From: Dictyostelium discoideum
Taxonomy: Eukaryota
Reading direction: 5' to 3'
Assembly (NCBI GenBank): GCA_000004695.1
Contig: CM000150.2
Coordinates: forward strand, 928,001-992,000
Length of the DNA stretch: 64,000 bases
Shown here piece after piece: positions 26,588 through 37,757 of this stretch. A program made the translations under genes and the position numbers. Under the pieces are notes generated by a model that was not told the origin of the DNA, made no database searches, and saw only the letters and a list, made by a program, of their open reading frames with translations. Position 1 is the stretch's first letter. Each line of letters begins with the position of its first letter.

Positions 26588-28622
26588 AAAAATAATTATT
26601 ATAATATAAATAAAAGTTCCAAAATGGATATGGATTATTTATTAGATTGTGTTCAAAAAACCCATGGATTAATAAAAGATTTAACAGATTCAATGTTAAT
26701 ATCCAATGACCAAGAAGAAAGAAAACAATTCCAAAAACAATTAAATGAAAGTAATAATTATTTAAATGAATTATTATCAAAATTATCATATATAAAAAAT
26801 AATAATAATATTAATAATAATAATAATAATGGTAATATAAATTCAAATAATGGTACAAGTTTTGGTGAAATTAAATCAATTCCATTAATGAGCAATGAAA
26901 CTGGTTTCACAAATAATAAAATTACAAATAATTTTAATTATTCAGAAAATAAAAATAATAATAATAATAATAATAATGGCCAAGAACAACATGAATTATT
27001 TTCAACTTCAAATAAAATTGAAAATAATAATAATAATAATAATAATAAAATTAATAATGAAAATAATAATGAAAAAAATAAAAATAATAATAATGGCCAA
27101 CATATAATTCCAAAAATTTATATTTCAGATCACGAAATGGCACCAAATAGTGAATTTCAAAATATTGATTCAATTTCTCCATCATCTCAATTAATTTGTG
27201 GTGAATCAAGATTAACACCAGTTTCTGAAAGAAATGAGTTAACATCTCCTGCATCCTCGCTACCCTCATTACCATCTCTACCTTCAAGTATGCCAAAAGA
27301 AAATAAAGAAAATAAAGAACCCATTAATCAACAAGAAGAGGAGGAAGAAGAAGAAGAAGAGGATGAGCAAAAAAAAGAAGAAGAGAATAACCTTGTAAAA
27401 ATGACAACTGTCCAAGTTGAAAATACTCAAGAGAAAATACCCCTAGCCAAATCAGCAACAATATCAACAACAAATAAAACCATAGAAATAGAAGAGCAAG
27501 AAAAGGGAATGGATAGTGAAAAATTAAAAAAGACAATTAAATCATCATCATCATCATCATCAAATTTATTCAATGATTTTCCTAAACCTTTTATACCATT
27601 TGTTCAATCAAATTATAATACAGAAGAAAGGAATGAAGTTTTACAAATTGTAAAATTAATTCACTATGAATATGGTGTTCAAATTAAAGATAAAACTGGT
27701 CAATTAGATAATTATATGTATAATATTAATTTTAATCCACCACCTCAATACATGTGTAATAGCAATGATATCAATAGTAATAATATCAATAGTAATATCA
27801 ACAACAATAATAACAATATGAGTAATAATTTAAAAAAGAAATTATTAATTATATCAAATGAAAAACGTAATAAAATGGGACCACAAATTCAAAGATCTCC
27901 TGAAGAAACTTATTTATCAAATCATTTCGATGAAGAAGAATTATCAAATTATTTCTCTCACAGTTTTATGTCTCCAAAAATTGTAAAATCACCATCTTCT
28001 TCAAATTTAAATAAAATTAATCAAAATAATCAAAATAATAATAATAACAATATTATTAATAATAATAATAATAATAATAATCAAAACAATACAACCACCA
28101 ATAATAAAAATAAAAGTAATAATGAAAAGAATAATGATAATAATACTGTATTTAATAATAATACAACCACCACCAACAACAATAATAATAATAATAATAA
28201 TAATTCAAGTGAAAAAAATAAAGTTATTGTATTTGAAAAGAAAGAACCTGGTCAATTTATATTTAAAAAGGAAAAAGTAGCAAAATTATCAACATCTTTA
28301 TCTTACTCAAATTTATCATCATCATCATCAAATGGAGGAACAGCAGAAGATGAAGAATATGATAGATATTATGATTCATTTCATTGTGTTGAATTGGTTG
28401 ATGAAGATTTATTAGTTTATGATAATGAAGATATTTATTTTAATGATGAAGTTGATCAAAATAAATCTCCACTCATTTCACCATCACTTTCAAAATCAAA
28501 TACAACAACAACCACAACCACCACCACCACCACCACTACAGCTACATATGCAAATGTCAATGCTAATGCAATTGCAACAATTGGTAGTAGTAGAAAAATT
28601 AATAATACATTATCACCAAATA

Positions 28623-28718
<96 letters not shown>

Positions 28719-29099
28719 GTAATAATACATCACCAACATTAACTACACAAGAGAATAATGGTATTTCAAATGGTAGTGGTAATGGAGGTAGAAAAATTCA
28801 TTATAGATCATTATCACATGGTATCATTAAAACACCATTTACAAATAATAAATTAAAAACACTTCAAATTTTCGTACCAACTGAACCTTACACTTGTAGA
28901 TTAGAAATTACAATTGAAGAAAATGTCACCGTGGAAAGATTACTCATTGAAGTCATTGATCTATGTATTAAAGAGAGAAGAAAAATTCAATATCATAAAA
29001 GACAAAAATTACAAATTCAACAATTACAATTATTACAACAACCAATAATAACAACAACAACAACGGTCGCAGTACAATCTAATAATAATAATAATAGTA

Positions 29100-29141
<42 letters not shown>

Positions 29142-29531
29142 TGACATCACCAATTAATCAATCACAATCATTAACATCTTCTACAACAAGTTCAAATATA
29201 TCTTCATCGTCATCATCAAATGCATTTTCACCACCAACAGTTTCAGTATCAAATCAATTGATATCAAATAATAAGAATGGAAATGATTTTGAATCATTAA
29301 CATTCCCATTTTTAATTTATACAAATCATAGAGATTTCATTCTAAAGAAATCTGATGAAAATGGTGAAATCGATCAAACTCTTCAACCAATCATTAGAAC
29401 TACTGAAATTAAAAAATTAAAAACTGATTGTTTTTCTTTAGTTATTAATCCAAAAGCAATTAGAGATACAACACATCATCCTCAAATTTTTAGAGTTCAT
29501 ATTATACATTCAAGTAATAATATTAATAGTA

Positions 29532-29596
<65 letters not shown>

Positions 29597-30768
29597 TATA
29601 ATAATAATAATAATAATAATTGTAATAATGGAATTGTAAAATCAATTAGTTTTAGTAATATTGGTGAAGTTGATCAATCATCATCATCAATAGCGCCATC
29701 ATCATCAACAACAGCAGCGACAGCAGCAACATCTTCAACAACAAAGGATTCAGTTGCAGTTGTTTATAAATCTTCATCAACATTGGCATCAATAAAAGCA
29801 TCAATTTGTAAAAAAGAGAATTTGGAATTAAATCTTTGTGTTTTTATGACAATGTCAAATGAAGTTATTCAAAATGAAAAAATCACTTTAGTTGAATTAA
29901 ATTTACCAAGTGTTAAATTAGTTTATGATCAAATAAGTGAGTATTTATATATAAATATATATATATATAATTATTTATTTTAATTTATTAATTTATTAAT
30001 TTTTTGTTATTTTTAGAACCAATACAAAAATCAATAACACCATTTCAATCAGAAGGTGTTGTTGGTAATGCACCAAGACCAATTACAAAATTATTAGGCC
30101 CAATATTCTTTTTCACCCCTGATAATATTTGTGAGATTAAACAATATGTCGTTTCAAAGATTGGTAAATTAGGTGTTAAAAAAGATAGATATATGGAAAT
30201 TAGTAAAGATAAAATTATGTATTCTCAATTTGATTATTTACCATCATCTTCAGTTTCTCAAAATGGTTTCCATAATAATAATAATAATAATAATAAAGAA
30301 TATTATGGTGGTGGTGTTGGTGGTGGTGGCGGATTTACAAATTATAATAATTTTAGTAATGCTAATTTAAATAATAATAATAATAATAGTAATTTTGGTA
30401 ATGGTAATGGTAATGGTGGTATAAATGGTAATAATGGTAACAATAGTGGTAGTAATAATAAAGAAAATGGTGGTACAGGTGCAGGTATTGGTGGTGGAGG
30501 TGGACTTCAACTACCAAATAATAACAACAATAATAATACCACTCCATTAAAAAATAATAAATTCTTTAGATCCTTTAGTTCTGCTGTAATAAAAACACCT
30601 TATCAATTAATTAATGATATTTCTGGTGTTGGTATAATCATTAATAAACCAAATTCATTCTATTTAAAATGTAATAACAAGAATTCTGAATACTCATCCA
30701 CCGATGCTGATGAAATAGTTGCTAAAATTCAATTTATTATTAGATTAAAAAAAGAAAATTTAATTTAA
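26390..30768 (+). CDS. Large low-complexity signalling-type protein of about 1450 aa. It has an N-terminal coiled coil, two ubiquitin-fold (Ras-association/CRIM-like) modules and a C-terminal PH-like domain. Exons are 26390..29936 and 30017..30768.
   Basis: Poly-N/Q/T linkers separate the conserved blocks. The first is LQIFVPTEPYTCRLEITIEENVTVERLLIEVIDLC, read as beta-grasp-like. The second is a beta-grasp-like block at 29.3-29.9 kb. After a GTGAGT..TTTTAG intron comes the PH-like block LGPIFFFTPDNICEIKQYVVSKIGKLGVKKDRYMEISKDKIMYS...VAKIQFIIRLKKENLI. The domain calls are by eye only. Confidence 0.55.
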
Positions 30769-31376
30769 GAACTTGGGGGGAAAAAAAAAAAAAAAATAAA
30801 AAAAAAAAAAAAAATAAAAAAAGAATAAATAAGTAAATAAATAAAACAAAACTTTTAGAAACATGTGTTGAAATAAAATAAAGTAAAATAAAATGAAGTA
30901 AAATAAAGTAAAATAAAATAAAATAAAATAAAATAAAATAAAATAAAATAAAATAACCAACTAAAAAATACAGATTTTTTCAAAACTGTTTTTTTATTTT
31001 TAATTTTTTATTTTTTTTTTTAATTTTTTTTTTTTTTTTAATTTTTTTTCAAAAAAAAAAGATTGTGGGATAAATTGACAACTTATTTTTGGGATTTTTT
31101 TTTTTAAGGAATCATTTTTTTAAAGTATTTTGGATTATGGGTTTTAAATAGAATTGATTTTCAAAACCCATAATCCAAAATACTTTAAAAAAATTCCAAA
31201 AATCGATATTTTTTTGTAATTACGTGTTTATTTTTATTTTTATTTTTTATTTTTTTAAAACAAAAAAAAAAAAAAAAAAAAAAAATTTCCCTATAAATAA
31301 AAAAAAAAAAAAAAATTTAAAATTATAATTTAAAAATAAACAAATAAAAAAAATAAATAAATAAAAACAAATCAAA

Positions 31377-32403
31377 ATGTCAAAATCAATTATTTCAGTA
31401 TTCGGCGCTACAGGACAACAAGTAAAGTATAATTTATTATTTATTTACTTTTAATTTTTTTTTTTTTTTTTTTTCATTTCAATAAATTAATTAATATTCA
31501 TTTTTTATTATTATTTTATTTTAAAAGGGTGGTTCAGTTGTTGGTGAATTATTGAAAGTTGGTAATTTTAAAGTTCGTGCATTAACAAGAAATCCAGATA
31601 GTGAAGTTGCCAAAAAATTAAAAGAAAAAGGTGTTGAAGTTGTTAAATGTGATGATAGTGATTCCAAAGAGGCAATTCAAGAAGCCTTAAAAAATAGTTA
31701 TGGTATATTTAGTGTAACATTTCCATTTGGTAAAAATGAGAGTGAAGATGAAATTGGTAAAAAGGTAGCCGATGCAGCATTGGGTGCCGGTGTAAAACAC
31801 TTTGTTTTCAGTGGCCTTGCTCCATGTAATGAAATTTCTAATGGTCGTTATGATGTACCTCATTTTGATAATAAACACAAAGTTGAGATGTATGCTAGAC
31901 AATTGTCAAAAGAAAATCCATCATTTGTAAGCTCATTTGTTTATGCACCATTCTATTACCAAAATTTTAAAACTTACTTCCAACCAAAGAAATCCAATGA
32001 AAATGGTAATGAAAACTATTCAATTTCCCTCCCATCCGACCCAACTGGTAAACCATTAGATATGGGTGATATTGAGAACATTGGTTCAATTGTATCTGAA
32101 ATCTTTTCAAATCAAAGCAAATACTCTGGTGTTGTAGTACCATTTTCAGGTGACGCTTTAACTGGTCCTGAAATTGCAAATACTTTCTCAAAAGTAACTG
32201 GTAAAACTGTAACATTCAATTTCATTCCACCATCTGTTTACCGTACCTTTGGTTTCCCAGGAGCCGACGAAATGGCTTCAATGTTTGAATACTACAACGA
32301 ATTTGGTGCATTCAATGATTTAGATAAATCAATTGCTTCAAAAATTACAAAACTTACATCTTTAGAAGAATATTTAAAAAAATCTCAATTTAAATTAGAA
32401 TAG
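31377..32403 (+). CDS. NmrA-like NAD(P)-binding Rossmann-fold protein (NmrA / isoflavone-reductase-like family). Exons are 31377..31421 and 31528..32403.
   Basis: MSKSIISVFGATGQQ|GGSVVGELLKVGNFKVRALTRNPDS contains a GxxGxxG motif split by a GTAAAG..AAAAG intron. The remainder is NmrA-like (HFVFSGL, dimer/cap region). Confidence 0.75.
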
Positions 32404-32959
32404 ATGTCTTTTATAAAAAAAAAAAAAAAAAAAAAAAACTTACTAAATAAAAGATTTAATCTTTATTTCATTTCCAAATATTAATTTTTAAACTAATAAA
32501 AAAAAAAATGTTCAATACATTTTAAAAATCTAACACAATTTTTATTATAAATAATCATTAATATCGATATAAAATAATAAATTAATTGATAGCTTAATTT
32601 GAATGTAGCGACATATATATCTTTCAAAGTTATTGTGTAATCTTGGTGGTAGTTATTATTGCTGAGGGGGTTAACATTAAAGTGTGAATTTTTTTTTTTT
32701 TTTTTTGTGATTGAATTTTGAGGTTATTAGTGGTGGGAGTGGTTAAATATAACACATAAAAAAAAATAATAATAAAAAAAAAATAAAAAAAAAAAAAAAT
32801 TTTAACATACCATTATCTAATTGTAATTCATTTATTTGGTGGGGGTATAAAGTCGTTCTTTTTATATTGTTGTAAAATATTCTATTTATAAAAATTTTTT
32901 GTTTTATTTTAATTTTTTTTTTTTTTTTTATTTATTTTAAATTCTATTTGTAATTTTAA

Positions 32960-32991
<32 letters not shown>

Positions 32992-33151
32992 CTTATTTTC
33001 TTTTTTATTTATTTTAAATTCATAAAAAAAAAAAAAATTATTTATGTTTAAAAATTGATAATTTTAAATTAACATTATTTATTTATCAATAAAACTGTAT
33101 TTTTAAAACTCTAAAAAAAAAAAAAATAATAAATAAATAAAAAAAATAAAA

Positions 33152-33401
33152 ATGATAAAAATAATTTATTTAATTGTATTATTAGTTTTATTATTTAAAA
33201 ATAACCATATTATAATAAAAGCAGATGATTGTCCTTTTCCTCAAATTCCTATAAAAACTCTTTCTGGTACTTGGTATGACGATCCTGATCATGCATCATG
33301 TGGTTTCGAAAAATTAACAGGACCATTAGGACCTGGTAATCGTTTGGTTGTTGCATTAGGTTCCAAATTGTTCGACAAAGGTATTTTTTAAGATTTTAAG
33401 A

Positions 33402-33451
<50 letters not shown>

Positions 33452-34309
33452 AATAATTAATTAATTTTTAATAATTATTTAGGGGCAAATTGTGGTCAAT
33501 GTTATGATGTAACCTCACCATTTAATAATAAAACTATTACAGTAATGGCGTATGTATATATATTATTTTATTGTTATTAAAAATTTTATTTTTAAAATAT
33601 TCAATTTATTAATAATTTTATTATTATTAATTATAGAACTGATAGTTGTCACGATGCAGGAGTAATTATTTTTTTTTTTTTTGAAAAAATATTTGTATAG
33701 AAAATATAAATTAATTTTTTTATTTTTTATTTTTTTTTTAATATTTCAAAGTATTGTCAAGCAGATAATCACTTTGATTTTTATAAAGAAGCATTTGATT
33801 TATTAGGTTCTCCATCAGGTGTAATTAGTGGTAATAGTGGACTATCATATATTAAAGTTCCATGTCCAACCTATGGTAATGTTAAAATTATGATGAAAGA
33901 TGGAAGTAATGAATTTTGGACATCATTTTTAATATTTAATTCTAGAATTTTAATAAAACAAGTCTCAATAAAATTATCAAATAGTCAGCAATTTATTGAC
34001 TTAAATAGACAACCACAAGGAAATTATTGGCCATCTACAAATATGGTATCTGGTGAATTTGAAGTTAGAATTGAATCAATTGGCGGTGAATTCATTTATG
34101 TTAAAATTCCATCAATTGAGAGTAGAAAAATTTATGATACTGGAAACCAATTTTCAGCTGATGGTTGTGTTGGTAATAAATATGATCCATATGCTCCATT
34201 TCAAATTACCTCTAATTCAAATAATATATTACCACCATCATTATATATTATTTTTTTAATTTCAATATTATTTTTAATTATTAATAATATTTTTTCAAAT
34301 AAATATTAA
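33152..34309 (+). CDS. Expansin-like protein, paralogue 1 (DPBB domain plus CBM63-like domain). It has a signal peptide and a C-terminal hydrophobic tail. Exons are 33152..33380, 33483..33549, 33637..33661 and 33752..34309.
   Basis: Signal peptide MIKIIYLIVLLVLLF. Expansin domain-1 motifs are ASCGFEKLTGPLGPG, ALGSKLFDKG|GANCGQCY (a glycine codon split by the intron) and HFDFYKEAFDLL (the HFD motif). Domain 2 has GEFEVRIESIGGEFIYVKI. The C-terminus is LYIIFLISILFLIINNIF. Splice sites are GTATTT, GTATGT and GTAATT with AG acceptors. Confidence 0.8.
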
Positions 34310-34449
34310 AAATAAAAAATGAATTAAAAATAATCGTAAAAATAAATGTAGGTTTTTTTTTTTTTTTTTTTTTTTCTTTTCTTTGCAAAATCTGATCCCT
34401 AAAAAATTTGTTTTTATTTTTCAATAAGCACATTGTTTTTTTATTTCTG

Positions 34450-34484
<35 letters not shown>

Positions 34485-34632
34485 TTGAAAGTAAAAGATT
34501 AAATATCTTGCCAACTAATTTTTTTTATTGTAAAAATAACAACAAAAATGAAACCTTTTCTTTGTGACCACAAAACGAGTTTCAAAATAATTATCTATTT
34601 AAAAAAAAAAACAACTACCCATCGATTATTTG

Positions 34633-34664
<32 letters not shown>

Positions 34665-34845
34665 AAAAATTCTTTTTAATCAAAAACAAAAAATTAGATA
34701 TTTTTTTTTTTCCTACACTTTTATTTTACTTTTTTTTTTTTATTTATTTTATTTTATTTTATTTTATTTTATTTTTATTTTTATTTATTTATATTATTTA
34801 TTTATTTTTTTTATTTTTTTATTTATTTATTATTTTCATTAAAAT

Positions 34846-35926
34846 ATGAAAACTTTTGTATTATTTGTAATATTATTATGTTTAACATTTTTATCAATTT
34901 CTAAAAGTGAAACATGTCCATTTTCACAATCATTAGTTAGTGGTGCATCAGCAACTTACTACACTGATCCAAATGCAGGTAATTGTGGTTATGAAAATCT
35001 CATGGGACCTCTTGGACCTGGTAATTTATTTATTGCTGCCCTTGGCCCAAATCTCTACAATAATGGTATTTTTCTATTTTATTAAAATTTTGAAAAAAAA
35101 GTTAAAGAATAACCACTTAATTACTAACAAAAATTGTTTAAATTATTATTTTTATTATTATATTTTATTTTTAAAAAAGGAAAAAATTGTGGTCAATGTT
35201 TTAACATCTCATCACCTTATACCAATAGATCAGTAGTAATTATGGCGTATTCTATCATTTATTTTATTTTATTTTTTAATTATTAATTAAAAAAGTTTGA
35301 AATAATATTAATATAAAAAAAAAAAAAAAACAATTTTTTTAAAATTAATTAGTACAGATTCATGTCCAGATTCAGGTTATTGTCAAAGATCATCACATTT
35401 TGATCTTTCAACCCAAGCATTTGATGTTTTAGGTGCACAATCGATTGGTGTATTAGAAGGATTAACTTATTATAAGGTACCATGTGGTGTTAATGGTAAT
35501 GTTAAAATTATGATGAAAGATGGTAGTAATGATTATTGGACAGCTTTTTTAATTTATAATTCAAAAGTAACAATTAAAGATGTCTCTGTAAAGATAACTG
35601 GTAAATCTACATATACAAGTTTAACTCAAAGTTCTTACAATTATTGGATTTCTCCAAATATGGTCCCAGGATCATTTGATGTTAGAATTGAATCTGTTGG
35701 TGGTGAATTCATCTATATAACCATTCCAAAGGTTGAAAGTAGAAAACAATATGAAACATCAAGTCAATTCAGTGTTGATGGTTGTGTTGGAACACCCTCT
35801 GGTCCATCTGGTGGTTTAGGTAGTCCATCAACTGGTGCTAGTATTGGTACTCCATCTGATGCTTCATCATTAACATTATATGCATTATTTTCTTTAACAA
35901 TTTTATTTTTAGTAATGTTAAATTAA
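34846..35926 (+). CDS. Expansin-like protein, paralogue 2, in tandem with paralogue 1. Exons are 34846..35065, 35180..35246 and 35353..35926. The C-terminus is a Ser/Gly/Pro-rich linker plus a hydrophobic tail, GPI-anchor-like.
   Basis: It is collinear with paralogue 1: GNCGYENLMGPLGPG, ALGPNLYNNG|GKNCGQCF, TDSCPDSGYCQRSSHFDLSTQAFDVL, GSFDVRIESVGGEFIYITI. It lacks the intron that splits DAG|YCQ in paralogue 1. The tail is GTPSGPSGGLGSPSTGASIGTPSDASSLTLYALFSLTILFLVMLN. Confidence 0.8.
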
Positions 35927-35938
35927 AATTAATAAAGT

Positions 35939-35990
<52 letters not shown>

Positions 35991-36383
35991 TTTTTTGAAT
36001 AATATTTATAACTTGTATATGAAATTATCTATATCGACCATATATCTATTGGTCTTAGATAATATCTTTTCAAATAAAGTATAAAAATAAATAAAAAAAT
36101 ATTAATTTTCATTTTTTTAATAAAATAATTATTTACAATTTATTTTTTTAAATATTTTTTTAAAAAGACTGATATAGATAATTTCAAACACTAAAATTAA
36201 CCTGGTAAATTTTATATTCGGATACAATGGAAAATATCTAAATTTATTTTTTTTTATTTTTTTTTATTTTATTTTTTTTTTTTATTTTTTTAAATTTTCC
36301 CATTGCCAGTTTTTTTATTTTTATTTTATTTTATTTTTTTATTTTTATTTACATTGCTCAAAATACCACCAATTTTCAAAAAA

Positions 36384-37467
36384 ATGAAATTTTTAATTAC
36401 AATTTTATTATTATGTATTATAAATTTTGTAATTGGTGAAAATAATTTATTATCATCATCATCTTCAATAATTCCAAGTGAATGTGGAAATCCAAATTAT
36501 CAAAAATTAGAAAGTTATATTAATGGATTAGTTGGGTCTTATGGATACTGTAACGGTACAGAATGGGGTGTAACAGATTTCAAATCATTTTCAATTTTAA
36601 GTGAAAATTCTCAAAATTCTCAACAAACAGCATCAACAATTAAACTTTGGGTATTATTATCAGTTTTTAAAGATATTGAAGCAGGTTTATACACATTAGA
36701 AAAACAAATTGAATGTTCAACTGGTCTTATCACTGTTGAACAATGTATTGCTTTAATGATTGGTGTATCTGATAATTGTGCAACCTATTCATTAACTGCA
36801 TTAACTAAAATTGAATCTGTAAATTCTGTAAGATATTCATTTTTTTTAAATTTTAAAAAATAAAAAAAAAAATAATAAAATATTAATTATTTATTTATTT
36901 ATTGAAATATAGTTATTTTCAGAATTAGGAATGAATGATAGTCAATTTATTGAATGGTGTTTTTCAACATGTGTTGGATATAGTGATCCATGTCCAAACG
37001 TTTCAGGTGGTTCAGGTAATAATGTGTTAAGTTCACATGATGTTATCCATGGATTAACACTTTTACATCAAGGTTCAATTTTAAATCAAACAATGACAGA
37101 GATGACCTATAAATATTTATTGACTGCACATGGTTGGCAACCAATGATTGGATATTATGTTCCAGCACCAGTTGCCCATAAATCTGGTTGGTTACCAGCT
37201 GATGAAGGTTTTGACCCATTCACTGAAAATGATGAAGCCATTGTTTTCTCTGAATGTGGTGATTATGGTGCTTCAATTATGATCACTAGAGATTGGTCAA
37301 ATCCACAAGAAGATACAATCGCTTTAGAATTGGGTGCTTTAATTGGAAAATATATTTATTGTACAATGGTACCATTTGGTAATACAAATGATGGTGCTTC
37401 ATGTTCTTATATTTTATCACAACCAATTCCAACACCATCTTGTACTTCTTCTTCCTCTTCTTCTTAA
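36384..37467 (+). CDS. Secreted class A serine beta-lactamase-like protein (penicillin-binding-protein fold). Exons are 36384..36827 and 36913..37467.
   Basis: Signal peptide MKFLITILLLCIINFVIG. The catalytic motifs are collinear with TEM-1. ASTIKLWVLLSVFKDIEAG matches [22 protein letters not shown] (S70-x-x-K73). LITVEQCIALMIGVSDNCATYSL matches [22 protein letters not shown] (S130-D-N). ESVNS|LFSELGMNDSQFIEW spans the intron and holds the omega-loop Glu candidate. AHKSGWLP matches ADKSGAG (K234-S/T-G). The intron uses GTAAGA..ATATAG. Codon usage is AT-rich, as in the host. Confidence 0.8.
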
Positions 37468-37527
37468 AATTAAAATTCAAAAATAATTATAATTTTCATA
37501 TTTCCATGTTTTCCGAATCGATTGTCG

Positions 37528-37560
<33 letters not shown>

Positions 37561-37648
37561 GAAAATAAAATAAATCCCAAAAATAAAAAAATAATAAAAA
37601 AAAAAAAATAAAAAAATGTTCGTTTTTTTTCACTCGAGTTTCGTTTCG

Positions 37649-37703
<55 letters not shown>

Positions 37704-37757
37704 CAAGATATTGTAGAAAAAGCAATAATTTGATTTTTATTTATATATTTATTAAAA

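Noticed and set aside
36384-37467. Beta-lactamase-like gene as bacterial contamination or an assembly chimera.
   Set aside because: The gene has a canonical Dictyostelium-type intron, AT-biased codon usage, a eukaryotic signal peptide, and seamless AT-rich flanks shared with neighbouring amoeba genes.
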